Shown piece after piece: positions 38,436 through 48,377 of a stretch of DNA of 59,396 bases; the first letter of the stretch is position 1, and every line of letters starts with the position of its first letter. The position numbers and the translations under genes were made by a program. The DNA is from a virus (Duplodnaviria > Caudoviricetes): IMG/VR virus record IMGVR_UViG_3300044535_000237, positions 1 to 59,396 of that record, one strand, 5' to 3'. Under the pieces are notes generated by a model. The model worked only from the letters and a program-made list of their open reading frames with translations, was not told the DNA's origin and searched no databases.

Positions 38436-38764
38436 TAAAAGTCCTCGCGCATTTTAAATTTTAACAGGTCGTAAACTGTTTGGATACCGCCATTAGAGAA
38501 GGTAACTTGAATTTCGCCTTCGTAATCGCCTGCGCTTCCTGACATAGCCGTTGCAGACATGGGAAAAACAATAACGCCATCCGTACCAGTAGCGATAAAT
38601 CCGGTAATGGTGTCTTGCAGGGTAGTTGCACCCACTTGGCGAAACTTCATAACTGCCGTAGCGCCGGTAATGTCAATAATAGCGTCTGTATTTTCATCAG
38701 TCAGCGTCGCTTGTATTTGTGGGCGATTTACGTCACCTTGAATAAGTTTAATTTTTTCAGCCAT
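38435..38764 (-). CDS. BppU-N-like Ig-fold structural protein
   Basis: QGD..P.I..TL.D....IDITGAT..MK, G.Y.GEIQVTF..G..QT motif. Confidence 0.65.
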   Translation of the reverse strand: MAEKIKLIQGDVNRPQIQATLTDENTDAIIDITGATAVMKFRQVGATTLQDTITGFIATGTDGVIVFPMSATAMSGSAGDYEGEIQVTFSNGGIQTVYDLLKFKMREDF

Positions 38765-38773
38765 AATTAATCC

Positions 38774-39466
38774 TTAAGCAACAGAGCCGTGAATAGGTGC
38801 ACCTAACGGACTTGGAACAACACCTGTCGTGCCTTTGTAATCTGTATTGAGAGCGTTTGTAAATAGCGCGTAATGCGTCTGCGCTCGAGTGGCGTTATTT
38901 GCGTACTCTGCGTCCTTGTTAAACGCTCTATACGCAATGTAGTCCATCAAGGCGGTAGCCAGTATATCAGGAACACTTATGTTGCCTGTAACGGACGTAA
39001 ACGTTGTCGCTGCAGCAGGTTCTGCTACCGCTGTTGGGTAGTTAGCCAGCACCACATCTAGTCTTGCCAAAGTGGTAGCAGGTGGATAGACGTAAAAGAC
39101 CCGAGGATCAATTGGATCATACATGTAGTGCACAGTGTTTACAGTCGCTGTAGCAACATGCCAATCTGGGTACTGCGAATCAAGAAGTTGACGATTAACA
39201 ATGCGAACAGCTTTCTTAGTACTGGTTTCCGCTGAGTTGCGAACCACGTCAAGAAGTTTTGCTGCAGTAGACGGTACAGTTTGTTTTGCACCGGCAACCA
39301 GTGTCAAAGTCACAGATGTTGCAAATGCATCTGGACGATAAATAAGCATTTCATTTTGTCCGTCGTTTAGATAACGAACAAGTTCCGCCGTTGCCCACCG
39401 CGTAGCGGTCGGGTCTTGAAGCGTATCTACAACGCGGCGGATAACGGATTGTGCAGTGGTAGTCAT
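38774..39466 (-). CDS. Head-tail adaptor / tail tubular A-like protein (DUF6682-like)
   Basis: LQD....RW...EL..YLNDG..E....RPDA; F.VYPP; L.DY..YRA..KD.E; start MTTT after GAGG. Confidence 0.7.
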   Translation of the reverse strand: MTTTAQSVIRRVVDTLQDPTATRWATAELVRYLNDGQNEMLIYRPDAFATSVTLTLVAGAKQTVPSTAAKLLDVVRNSAETSTKKAVRIVNRQLLDSQYPDWHVATATVNTVHYMYDPIDPRVFYVYPPATTLARLDVVLANYPTAVAEPAAATTFTSVTGNISVPDILATALMDYIAYRAFNKDAEYANNATRAQTHYALFTNALNTDYKGTTGVVPSPLGAPIHGSVA

Positions 39467-39473
39467 GTTTACC

Positions 39474-40106
39474 TCACGCAAACGGACGTGAACGCACGCG
39501 CATAGAACCACGAACAAAACCGTAGTTGCTATCAATACGCGAAGCAGTAGTCTGCCGAGACGCAGAATTTAACAACGCTTGCGCTTGTGCAGGATTACTA
39601 AAAGGCTGACCCGGAATCTGCATTGCTTGAGCAATGGCGCTAGCCACGATGGGATTGATCCAAGTGTTATACAAATCATCGTCGAGTTGTGTAGCCGTTC
39701 TCGCCGGACTCAACGCAACATTGACAAGAACAGAGTACACCTCATCAGGCGGAGGCGACAACATCAAAGTCAAAACAGAGTCTGTTCTGTCGGTGTAAAA
39801 ACCACGAGGTTTAGCAGGCGCAGTTGGCATATCTCCGCGAAGAGATTCTGTCATGCCCGCTACCAATTCTTTCCCGTCCAACGTAACGCCCATTACACGA
39901 CTAATTGTGTGTTGGGCGCTAGGTGGGTCTAAATCATATTGAACACGTCCAACAACGGTGTTAAACGTATCAAGATTTTGTCGTAAAACTAGTGATGCAT
40001 CACAAAAATCTATAGCCGCGTTTACCAAAACCTGCGCCGCCAGAGGCTCAGGGCATCCGGGTAAATAAGGCAGGATACGAGGATAAAACGCGCTTAGAGC
40101 TTTCAT
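39474..40106 (-). CDS. Head-tail connector/adaptor protein
   Basis: P..PGCP.......L..AAI.FC motif; follows the capsid genes. Confidence 0.65.
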   Translation of the reverse strand: MKALSAFYPRILPYLPGCPEPLAAQVLVNAAIDFCDASLVLRQNLDTFNTVVGRVQYDLDPPSAQHTISRVMGVTLDGKELVAGMTESLRGDMPTAPAKPRGFYTDRTDSVLTLMLSPPPDEVYSVLVNVALSPARTATQLDDDLYNTWINPIVASAIAQAMQIPGQPFSNPAQAQALLNSASRQTTASRIDSNYGFVRGSMRVRSRPFA

Positions 40107-40114
40107 GGATTACC

Positions 40115-40396
40115 TTACTGTTCGGGCGTTGGCTCGATTTCAATGGCGATATCGTCCGGCGCTTGCACAGATTCTACTACCACAGCTTCTTTTTTGCGAG
40201 TCTTTGTTGTTTTGTTTGCTGCTTCATCTGCAGCAAGGTTGGAATGCTCGTTGTACAAAGCTTGTCCATCTTCTGTGTATTCCCACTCTTGGTCGTTTAG
40301 CACAGCCACAACAACAATTTTACCGTCAATCATTACACGAATGCGGTTCATTAAAATTTCACCGCCAAGACGTTCCATTAAATCAAATACAGTCAT
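40115..40396 (-). CDS. Hypothetical protein
   Basis: GGAG RBS before MTVFD. Confidence 0.6.
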   Translation of the reverse strand: MTVFDLMERLGGEILMNRIRVMIDGKIVVVAVLNDQEWEYTEDGQALYNEHSNLAADEAANKTTKTRKKEAVVVESVQAPDDIAIEIEPTPEQ

Positions 40397-40411
40397 TTGG
40401 TTCTCCAAAGT

Positions 40412-40435
40412 AAAAAAGAGGGCCGAAGCCCTCTT
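40412..40435 (-). terminator. Rho-independent terminator
   Basis: - strand AAGAGGGC-TTCG-GCCCTCTT followed by a T-run. Confidence 0.85.
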
Positions 40436-40450
40436 AGTTTATACCACCGA

Positions 40451-40783
40451 TTAGGCGCTGAGAACAGCGCCCCAGTTTTCACTGCCTAGGCTAATGTAAG
40501 CACCAGACATGTTAGCAGCCAAGGCTTTAGCAGCATTAGCAGAACCGTTGTTAATTTTGCCGCCAGTTGCTGCGTACACGTTCAGTGAAGCAGCAGAGCT
40601 ATTAACAATGTAGACCACATCGCCAACAGGGCGCTCAGCAGGCAACATAACGCCGTCGCTGGCAGTGCCAGTGGTGACGAAATTAACAGCACCGGTTAGC
40701 GCAGTAGCGCCAGCTTGAGTCTGGGTTGTCCCAGCAGTAGCTGTGGCGTAACCGCCAATACTACGAGAAAATTGAGTAGACAT
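40451..40783 (-). CDS. Putative capsid decoration/cement protein
   Basis: Small Ala/Gly/Thr-rich protein right after the MCP; GGAG RBS. Confidence 0.55.
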   Translation of the reverse strand: MSTQFSRSIGGYATATAGTTQTQAGATALTGAVNFVTTGTASDGVMLPAERPVGDVVYIVNSSAASLNVYAATGGKINNGSANAAKALAANMSGAYISLGSENWGAVLSA

Positions 40784-40806
40784 ATTGATCTCCAAAAATA
40801 AAAGTT

Positions 40807-40830
40807 AAAAATGGGGGCCGAAGCCCCCAA
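40807..40830 (-). terminator. Rho-independent terminator after the major capsid gene
   Basis: - strand GGGGGC-TTCG-GCCCCC followed by ATTTTT. Confidence 0.8.
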
Positions 40831-40834
40831 TTAA

Positions 40835-41836
40835 TTAGCTGGCAGAACCAACTTGGGCAACAACCAAAGCTTGTGGCTTAACAACCTTACGGCCATAAAC
40901 AGCCAAACCACGGACGATATCGCCGAAGTCAGTCTGGTTACGCAGGGGTTCTGTCTTGTTAACAGTCATAGCAAATGATGTTGCTGCTTTTGTGCCAGCG
41001 ATCATTGTGCGACGAGCTTTAGCGCTAGCTACAGAACCGCCAGTAGAAGTGTCAGTTAAGCCAGAAACCAAGGCTTTACCGGCAGCACCACGGGGGAGCA
41101 AGTTAGACACGTAAACAGAGAAACGATCCAACATGCCGATTTTGCCTGTGCGGATAACACTAGACTGGTCGCCTGTGAAGTACGCTTGAGCAATGCTAGA
41201 TTGCATTAACAACTGGCGGTCAAAAGGACTAATAATCAACCAACGGTTGTCTTCAGGAACGTTCTGCTCGTCAAGCACTGTAGACATGCGAAGGATAGCC
41301 TTCAACACGTTTTCAGGAGTAGCTTGGTCGATAGGAGTTACGTCTGTACCCAAGTTATAGGCGGCAGAGATAGCACCAGCAGTAGCACCAATGTTAGCCG
41401 CAGCAGGGCCTTCAGTCACGAAGCTGTTAAAAAACACTTCGTTTTCGATCTGAATTTTCAACTGTTTGGCGGCGTCTTCTGTGAACATGTTCATCAAGTT
41501 CATGTCGGCTTGGTAAGACAACACGTCATTGACTTGCACGCCAAAGTACTTACCCTTGTTCACTTGCATATCTTGGAAGATAGGAGTGGGGACTTCGTAG
41601 GACAAATTCTGGCCAACAGTGTAGTCAGAAATAGTAATTGTGGGAGCCAAACGAATACGAATGGTATCACCTTGGTTCTTCAATTCACCTTCGTAATCGG
41701 TGTTAGCGATTTCGGACAACATGGTGTTTTGGTAGAACTTGGCCAGCAATTTGCCAGACCACAATGTGGGGATAAATGCACCGGAATACGATGTGCTCGT
41801 ATTAAACGGAGCTTGGACGGGATATACAGCAGCCAT
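40835..41836 (-). CDS. Major capsid protein (P22 coat-like, HK97 fold)
   Basis: FIP.LWS.KLL..FY, NTDYEGE.KNQGDT..I, LDEQNVP...RW, D.VRGL.VYG.KVVKP; strong AAGGAGG RBS. Confidence 0.9.
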   Translation of the reverse strand: MAAVYPVQAPFNTSTSYSGAFIPTLWSGKLLAKFYQNTMLSEIANTDYEGELKNQGDTIRIRLAPTITISDYTVGQNLSYEVPTPIFQDMQVNKGKYFGVQVNDVLSYQADMNLMNMFTEDAAKQLKIQIENEVFFNSFVTEGPAAANIGATAGAISAAYNLGTDVTPIDQATPENVLKAILRMSTVLDEQNVPEDNRWLIISPFDRQLLMQSSIAQAYFTGDQSSVIRTGKIGMLDRFSVYVSNLLPRGAAGKALVSGLTDTSTGGSVASAKARRTMIAGTKAATSFAMTVNKTEPLRNQTDFGDIVRGLAVYGRKVVKPQALVVAQVGSAS

Positions 41837-41885
41837 TTTGGCCTCCTTAAAAATAACAGGTTGGGTTTAACGCTGCCGCAAGAGA

Positions 41886-42857
41886 TTACGCTCGAACGCG
41901 TCCTTCTCTGTAAGCTGCGTCAATTTCAGCTTCAAGTTTTGTTGCTTCTTCAATCCGACCTTTAGCACTGTAGTCCGCAGATTTCAAAAACATCTGATGA
42001 ATTTGCGCATCAGTATATGTTTGAGCTTGCTGCGAAACGTTGGCACTGTTAGTAGCAGATCGTTTCGGCTGGATTTGTTTTTCAAGTTCAGCGGCCTTGT
42101 CGTTGTTTTGTACTGCAGGGGAGAGGTTTGATTTAAACATCCCGATGTAGTGCGCAACAGCTTCAGCATCGCCTCGGTTAAACGCATCTTGCGCAACAGA
42201 TTTTCTTGGCGCTCGGAGCAGAGGATCAACCTCGTTCAGCCAATCAACCCAACGTGAGTCGGCGTTAACTTCCTGAAAGTCTGGAACCATACGGTACAGA
42301 CGTTGCTCAAAACTTGCTTCAGATACCTGAGTACCGGTCGTGGTCAACTGCTCGCGCAGTTTCTCATTCTCAGCTTTCATAGCATCGAGCTCACCTCGAA
42401 ACTCTGCTGCCACTTCGCGGGCAACCTTGCGTTGGACTTCAATTAAGTCCTCACCAAATGCTTGAACATCAGCATCCGTAACCAACTTCTCAGCAACTGC
42501 AGGCTTCTTCGTCTCGACTGGCTTGATTTCTGCGGCCTTTCGGAGACTATCCAATTGGCCCTTAAACTCTCGCACGTCGGCGTGTAAGCGTGGCACTTCG
42601 GCGTCATATTTGCCTTTTAGGGCAATATAGCGGCTCTGCCATGTTTCTTCAGCTATAGCTGGTTCTGTCGGTTCTGGCTTTGTTTCAACAGGTTTTTGCT
42701 CCGCAACGGCGGGTTCAGGTGTCGAAGTATCAGCTGGAGGGTCTTCTGTCGTTTGCGGCTCCGGGTTCGAAGGCGCTGTATTTTGACTCTCAGCTATTTG
42801 TTTTTCGATCTGTTCCAGTTCACGTAATTGAGCTTCTACTTGTTTCGGCAATGCCAT
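41886..42857 (-). CDS. Capsid scaffolding protein
   Basis: Acidic Pro-rich N-terminus, W..RY..LKGKYDAEVPRL, coiled coil, C-terminal EI.AA..EGRV; directly upstream of the MCP. Confidence 0.8.
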   Translation of the reverse strand: MALPKQVEAQLRELEQIEKQIAESQNTAPSNPEPQTTEDPPADTSTPEPAVAEQKPVETKPEPTEPAIAEETWQSRYIALKGKYDAEVPRLHADVREFKGQLDSLRKAAEIKPVETKKPAVAEKLVTDADVQAFGEDLIEVQRKVAREVAAEFRGELDAMKAENEKLREQLTTTGTQVSEASFEQRLYRMVPDFQEVNADSRWVDWLNEVDPLLRAPRKSVAQDAFNRGDAEAVAHYIGMFKSNLSPAVQNNDKAAELEKQIQPKRSATNSANVSQQAQTYTDAQIHQMFLKSADYSAKGRIEEATKLEAEIDAAYREGRVRA

Positions 42858-42954
42858 TTTAAATTTCCTTTAAAGCGCCAACTCTGCGTTTCAGGCGTCG
42901 GGGTTACCGGTGTGCCGTCCAACATAATGGTTTGCTAGGACTACAAAAATCGGG

Positions 42955-43197
42955 TCATTTGACCCGGTCGAAAATCTCGTGCGCTTTTTCAACCGCCTCG
43001 AGAAAATCTGATAAGACCTCTGCGCGACCTTGAAGGCGGTGTATTCGTATGGGATCGTCGGCAGAAATCAGAGAGGTTTTTGTATCCTCAAGACTTTTGC
43101 GGAACAAGTCCAACAGAGCACTACTATCATCCAGCCTGCAGCGCTGAAGCGCTTGCATGTGCTGTGGGTCAGGCTTTTGGCCTATAAAAATCTTCAT
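42955..43197 (-). CDS. Conserved small protein between portal and scaffold
   Basis: RLQGRA.VL.D.L motif. Confidence 0.7.
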   Translation of the reverse strand: MKIFIGQKPDPQHMQALQRCRLDDSSALLDLFRKSLEDTKTSLISADDPIRIHRLQGRAEVLSDFLEAVEKAHEIFDRVK

Positions 43198-43205
43198 TTG
43201 CGTAT

Positions 43206-43234
43206 TTTATACCACTGACTATTTGCACAGTCAA
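43206..43234 (-). promoter_or_regulatory. Putative sigma70 promoter (TTGACT-17-TATAAA, extended -10)
   Basis: - strand TTGACTgtgcaaatagtcagTGgTATAAA upstream of the scaffold/capsid genes. Confidence 0.6.
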
Positions 43235-43238
43235 GCAT

Positions 43239-45326
43239 TTAAATTCCATTTGGTCTCGGAGACATCATATTGCCTTCACGTCCACCGACTTGGCTACCGT
43301 CTGGAAGCATGTTTTTTGGGGCTGCACCTTGCGTCATACCGGGCGCTGCACCTGCATTTTGCATCTCACCCATAATCATAGCTAATTGTTCTTGTAACTG
43401 AGCAATAGTTTGTTGTTGCTGCTGAACAACTGATAGCTCTTGGCGGTCGGGCACAATTCGATCCACATTGCCGCTTAGATTTTTTGCAGAATCGCGAAGC
43501 AATTCAGCAGTGCCATTCATACCAACAATTTGCTGTGCAACAGGGCTATTTAAAACTAGCTGCAAGAACTCGTTGCGGCGAACTGCTTCGGCTTCTTTTA
43601 CAACTAAGCTAGATGCACCAGTCGCAACAATGTTGACGTCGCCAATCAAATCGGGGTCTTTGCTATAACGCAAGTTGTCTTGGTACAAACGCTCAATGGC
43701 AGGCGTAATAACGTTCTTATCAATATTACTGATAACTTGCTTAATGCCCTTACCAGCGTTAGAAATCAACATGGACAAACCAGATGACGTACGTCCTGCG
43801 CCGGGTGTGTTCTCACCAGTCATGTAGCGAGGGATCATTGTGTCCTCATCTGCGCGAGCGGAGAACTTTTCAAACACGGCCATCAACTCATTAGCGTTGC
43901 TGTTTGGTTGGAAGAACGTAATGGGGGGCGAATTGTCACCGTAGTCAGACTGTGAGAACTGCCATATTTTCCACGGGTGCATGTCGGTAATGTCTTCACC
44001 GGGTGGCAAGCGTGAAATGTTCACACCGACCTGCGGGCCAGAGGAGATACCCATGTTATTTGCAAGTGAGCGAGCAGAGGAGTTAACCATAGCTTGCGAG
44101 TCACGGCATAAGTCAGTCACACCTTTACCATCTACAGAACCGGGAAGATTCTCGTAGCTTGTGAGGTAGTACGGCTTACGTCCTAGTGGGTCATAATTTA
44201 ACACCGCACGAATAACGACATTGCCAATCAACCATACTTCGCAAGGGTAGTTAAGCGCTGGATCAGGAATCTCTTTTTCTGTCAAGCCCCACTCGATAAG
44301 CAAGCTGCCCTTTACAGAATCCCACAATTGCAAAGCGTCAACTAGGTCGCCCGAAATAATAGCTTCGGTAACGTACTTGCCTTCCGCCTGCGCTTTTGAA
44401 GAATCAGTCCAAAGCCATTGCTTCATCCCCATGGTGCCAAAGTCGTTGAGCACAGTGCGAATTGCATCGTTGTTGTAACCGGGAACATCAATCAATGTTT
44501 GTAAATCATCAGCCGTCATGCGGTGACGCTCGATCACATAACCGTCGCCTAGCTCCCATGACCACGGGGCCCAATACAACATAAAGGGATCAACGCGTTC
44601 CCACTCATTACGAATTTCTTCAACAGGGACAAGTTCGTTATTTTTCCACTCGAGAGTTTTGCGTTTGCGTTTAATCGGGCCCTTCATCACGGCGTACGGA
44701 AACGTAACGATGTCGTCGAGAAACTCATTAAACGCTTTGTGCCAGCCGCCTTCTTGCAACTGGTCTTCCATTTTGCGTTCCATGCGAGAAACGCGGTCTT
44801 CAGACTCTTCACGCAACTCGCGATCAGCTTCGTCTTTCATCTGCAGCGCCATGGCGCGAAGCTCTGATGGTGTAGGCTGTTGTCCGCCTTGCTGCATGTG
44901 AACCATTAACTCATTGGCCAAACGCGCTTTAAGTTCTTCGAGAATCTCTGGCGGCATTGTAGGATTTGGTGTCCCCGCGATAGACCACGGTTTGTCCATC
45001 CCCGTACCCAACAACGTATCACGCAGCCAACTGGTAGCAGCGCGGCATTTTACAGAGGTCAAGTTAATGTAAATGTCTGAGCCACCCTGCTCGGTAATCT
45101 CTTGCAACTTATCAGGGTCGTACTCTCCGTTGCGCTGACGCAAACACTGAAGCATGCGCTCTTCTAAATCCCTTTTAGCTGTGCGTGAGCTATCCCAACG
45201 ACTGCGTACGTGCGAAGCCAACCCCTGAATAACGGGTGTAGCCTGCATCTCTGTGTTGCGTTTCTGAGATTCCCGCTCCAAATCGCGGGAACGAGCTACT
45301 GGAATGAGTGCGATGCCTGAAGCCAT
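43239..45326 (-). CDS. Portal protein
   Basis: 695 aa downstream of terL; G.GV.DLCRD.Q..VN..AR.L..N..I.SGPQ, RT.SGLSML..NA.K.IK.V..NID; Gln-rich C-terminal barrel. Confidence 0.88.
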   Translation of the reverse strand: MASGIALIPVARSRDLERESQKRNTEMQATPVIQGLASHVRSRWDSSRTAKRDLEERMLQCLRQRNGEYDPDKLQEITEQGGSDIYINLTSVKCRAATSWLRDTLLGTGMDKPWSIAGTPNPTMPPEILEELKARLANELMVHMQQGGQQPTPSELRAMALQMKDEADRELREESEDRVSRMERKMEDQLQEGGWHKAFNEFLDDIVTFPYAVMKGPIKRKRKTLEWKNNELVPVEEIRNEWERVDPFMLYWAPWSWELGDGYVIERHRMTADDLQTLIDVPGYNNDAIRTVLNDFGTMGMKQWLWTDSSKAQAEGKYVTEAIISGDLVDALQLWDSVKGSLLIEWGLTEKEIPDPALNYPCEVWLIGNVVIRAVLNYDPLGRKPYYLTSYENLPGSVDGKGVTDLCRDSQAMVNSSARSLANNMGISSGPQVGVNISRLPPGEDITDMHPWKIWQFSQSDYGDNSPPITFFQPNSNANELMAVFEKFSARADEDTMIPRYMTGENTPGAGRTSSGLSMLISNAGKGIKQVISNIDKNVITPAIERLYQDNLRYSKDPDLIGDVNIVATGASSLVVKEAEAVRRNEFLQLVLNSPVAQQIVGMNGTAELLRDSAKNLSGNVDRIVPDRQELSVVQQQQQTIAQLQEQLAMIMGEMQNAGAAPGMTQGAAPKNMLPDGSQVGGREGNMMSPRPNGI

Positions 45327-45329
45327 ATA

Positions 45330-46136
45330 TTAATTCCAAGGAGTACCGGGAGCGGATGCGTTTGGTCCCGCAATGAGCAAAATTACAAACATTGAGGAAC
45401 AAGAATTGTTGTTCGCACTTCCTATGGCAGTCGCTTCAATATCAGTCTTTTCTGGTATTGGGAGTGGGTACTCGAACGCGTAATCAGCTGTGCCGTTGTT
45501 AAGCGTAATTATTGCAGTAGTGCGGCGTATGCCGTCGGCAGTGGATGATACCAAACGACCTTCAATGGACGTAGACCCGGTGGCCTGACCCGCAGTAAAC
45601 ATACCCTGCATCAAATATCCTGTGTACCCGGCGGGGACTGTGTAGTGCCCAGTCACTGTGTCGTTGTAGTTGAATTTTATAAGGTTGTACACAGTAGCTG
45701 GAACACCAGCTGTAACGGTGCCTGTCCCGATATAAATATTACCTGCTGCGGTTTTTGCTGACCCGACGGTTGCAACGGTAGCGTAGTTAATCCGCAGAAA
45801 ACTCTTAGTAGTCGTTACGGCTGTCTGGCCGTTCAGAGTAACTACCTCAGAAATTTCGTTGAAACCAGCATCCAATCCTTCGATTAGGACGGTGCGAGCC
45901 CCAGTACCAGCGCTTGTATCGGCAGCGTTGGCTGAGCTAACCTTCATGGGTATAGCCTCCGCTGGGTGCGTCATAAGGCCCGTGTACGGCCAAACAGTGA
46001 CTTCAGCTTGATCAACGTCACCGTTAAAACCAAAAACAGTTACGCTCCGGTGGCCGGGAATCTGCCCACGAGAAACCTGTAGGGCAAAATCTTCGTAACG
46101 TCGTTCAGATGTAATTGACGGATAGAAAAAAGACAT
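45330..46136 (-). CDS. Beta-rich structural-like protein between terL and portal
   Basis: GGAG RBS; D...GTGART..IEGLD..F...SE.VTLNG.T.V.T motif; function unknown. Confidence 0.7.
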   Translation of the reverse strand: MSFFYPSITSERRYEDFALQVSRGQIPGHRSVTVFGFNGDVDQAEVTVWPYTGLMTHPAEAIPMKVSSANAADTSAGTGARTVLIEGLDAGFNEISEVVTLNGQTAVTTTKSFLRINYATVATVGSAKTAAGNIYIGTGTVTAGVPATVYNLIKFNYNDTVTGHYTVPAGYTGYLMQGMFTAGQATGSTSIEGRLVSSTADGIRRTTAIITLNNGTADYAFEYPLPIPEKTDIEATAIGSANNNSCSSMFVILLIAGPNASAPGTPWN

Positions 46137-46158
46137 GGTTGTCTCCAAGAGTTACCGC

Positions 46159-46186
46159 ATTGTACCGCCCACTGTCAAGTGGTCAA
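46159..46186 (-). promoter_or_regulatory. Putative sigma70 promoter (TTGACC-16-TACAAT)
   Basis: - strand, at the terL stop. Confidence 0.5.
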
Positions 46187-47628
46187 GTGTATGCGTATTT
46201 AACTTTCTTAATTTCTCTTCGCTTCACCTCAAGCCCGAACCCTCTGATGTTCATGTCGATCACTGACGCGCCATACTGCAGTGCGTCATGCACGTGGCTC
46301 GACTCGTTCTTATCAGGGCTGTCTTCCAACTCCCCGTTCTTCTTAACTTTGTACCGATAGCCAGAACGAAAACCTTTTATGAGCGACGTGCACTCAGGCG
46401 ATACGAGAAACATCGCCTTGCCGTCAAGCTGCTGAGTCAGCAGTCTCTCGACTGCCTGTATGCGAAGGTCTGGCTTGTTGGACGGCGGCTTAACGCATTT
46501 AAAACCTGCGTTCTTAAGCGCGTCTACAAGCGTCATCTCGTTTAGCTGCTGCTTCATAAATCCTGCGGGGTCAGGCGCTGCGATGAACTGATACCCGGGG
46601 TAGGTGTTGCCAATATGCGGCTGCAGGCGCGTGGATATAAACGTCTCTATGCCCATGTTCTCACTGGTCAGCTCGGAGAGCACCAACACGCGCCCACGCG
46701 GATCACGCTGCATAAACACTGCCGCTGGCGTGCGGCCAAAGTCAATCCCTATGGTGATGGGGTAGTCCATGTTCTGTATGGGCTTGATGTGTTCCTTGGC
46801 CACGTGGAAGTCTTGTGTGAACGTCCTCTGATAAACCGGTGTGCCCGACAGAGACCTGCCCCACTTACCGTGCACGTACACATCTATCCAATCCTCGCTC
46901 TTACCCTCGCACAAGTCCTCGTAGTAGTGAGACGGCAAGTGCTGTACCCAGTCTGCCTCGTCGGACAAGCCCGAGGGCTGTACGGTCACATGAACTTTGT
47001 CAGGGTCGGCGTTGGTGAGATACTGCTCCCAGTGTGCGTCCATATCCGGTGGGTTGGTCGCGCCCCAGACTTTCTTTTGTTGCACGCCGTTGTCATCCAC
47101 ACATCCCTGTACGGGATTACCCTTATCATCCACCCCCCACTGGGTGCGGTGCGGCACCATCATACCGTTGGGGTATCTACCTAGACGACCAGTTAGCGCG
47201 TCGAACACGTCTGAGTTTATCTCACGCACCTCGTCCACCATGGCAAACGAAAGCTGTAATGACAAAAGGCGACGCACGTCGTTGGCATCGTCTAAACCTC
47301 GGAACAACACGTCGCATTCCACGTCGTCAAAGCGTAGCGTAAAGCGAAGTTCTGTTCTGTGGTAGGTGCCCGCCTGCCCCTCGGGAAACAAGCCAAGAAA
47401 ATCTTTAATGGTCGAGTCAAGCAACATCTGGCGAGTGTTACGAACCACTGCACACCGAGAGCGGCGGATACCATCCGCGCATGCTGCGACCTTGCGAGCC
47501 TCAATGGGAATCTTCATCAAGGATGCCGTGGTCTTTGTCGAACCAACTGGCCCTACGATGAATGACTGAAACTTATCAGAGAGAAGGTATGGGGTTACAG
47601 ACTGTACTGGGGTGTAGTTAACACTCAT
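46183..47628 (-). CDS. terL: Terminase large subunit
   Basis: Walker A-like GPVGSTKT, VVRNT..L..ST, Walker B VDE, ATNPP, nuclease GIDFG..PA, SH.HDALQY. Confidence 0.93.
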   Translation of the reverse strand: MSVNYTPVQSVTPYLLSDKFQSFIVGPVGSTKTTASLMKIPIEARKVAACADGIRRSRCAVVRNTRQMLLDSTIKDFLGLFPEGQAGTYHRTELRFTLRFDDVECDVLFRGLDDANDVRRLLSLQLSFAMVDEVREINSDVFDALTGRLGRYPNGMMVPHRTQWGVDDKGNPVQGCVDDNGVQQKKVWGATNPPDMDAHWEQYLTNADPDKVHVTVQPSGLSDEADWVQHLPSHYYEDLCEGKSEDWIDVYVHGKWGRSLSGTPVYQRTFTQDFHVAKEHIKPIQNMDYPITIGIDFGRTPAAVFMQRDPRGRVLVLSELTSENMGIETFISTRLQPHIGNTYPGYQFIAAPDPAGFMKQQLNEMTLVDALKNAGFKCVKPPSNKPDLRIQAVERLLTQQLDGKAMFLVSPECTSLIKGFRSGYRYKVKKNGELEDSPDKNESSHVHDALQYGASVIDMNIRGFGLEVKRREIKKVKYAYT

Positions 47629-48170
47629 AAGTAGTCATCCCCTGCGTACTCATAGTTTTCGTCTTCGACCAGCAAAATCGGGGCGTATTCGGCAATTTTT
47701 AGCGTTTTTACGTCAATTTCAGGGGTTTCAGCCTCTAAAACAAGGGTCTGTTTAGCTGAATTTGCAGTGCTTGGGATGTTAATTGTGATTGAAAAACCCG
47801 GGCCAGCAGTCGAAATTGCACTGTTTTTAGGCTTCAAATCACCCCATTCGACGAAGTTTTCGATGATTTTTGCCCTAACAGCCGCTGGTGTGTCGGGGTC
47901 TCGCACCATATGGTACGCCGTAGGCAGCAAATCCTCTGCAAGAATACGGGACTTAGCAGCAAATGAGAAGCCACTCTCCTGCATTTCCTTGGTATAGCTG
48001 TCTACATACCTCTTGAACTGTGGATTCGCAGAGATAGCATCGTATTCTGATTGCGTCAAGCCTTCACCCGCAAGAATCTCCGCAATAGGGCGTGCAGCCC
48101 CCACGGTATTTCTAGCAACAGCAAGTGCAAGTTCGCGCAACACCTGATCGGCATTGATGGAATTGTTCAT
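47625..48170 (-). CDS. terS: Putative terminase small subunit
   Basis: Directly upstream of terL with ATGA overlap; helical N-terminus; GFSITINI C-terminal strand. Confidence 0.7.
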   Translation of the reverse strand: MNNSINADQVLRELALAVARNTVGAARPIAEILAGEGLTQSEYDAISANPQFKRYVDSYTKEMQESGFSFAAKSRILAEDLLPTAYHMVRDPDTPAAVRAKIIENFVEWGDLKPKNSAISTAGPGFSITINIPSTANSAKQTLVLEAETPEIDVKTLKIAEYAPILLVEDENYEYAGDDYL

Positions 48171-48344
48171 GGGCGGAATGTACCATGGTTTTTTAAACAG
48201 TGTCTATAGAAAATTAGCTGAAAAATTTTGGGTTGTCAAGAGGGGGCTTGGGGGGTAAGATATTTTAAATTGTAGAGATGTTGTGTGCGTAATAGACATC
48301 AAAAAATTGACCTTGTTCTGAGAGTGACGGATATACACACCCAT

Positions 48345-48377
48345 GGGGTGGGTGGGGTATGGGGGGCCCCTAGGGGG
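48345..48377 (+). other. G-rich tract (G-quadruplex-compatible) at the divergence point of the two arms
   Basis: GGGGTGGGTGGGGTATGGGGGGCCCCTAGGGGG in non-coding DNA upstream of terS. Confidence 0.6.
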
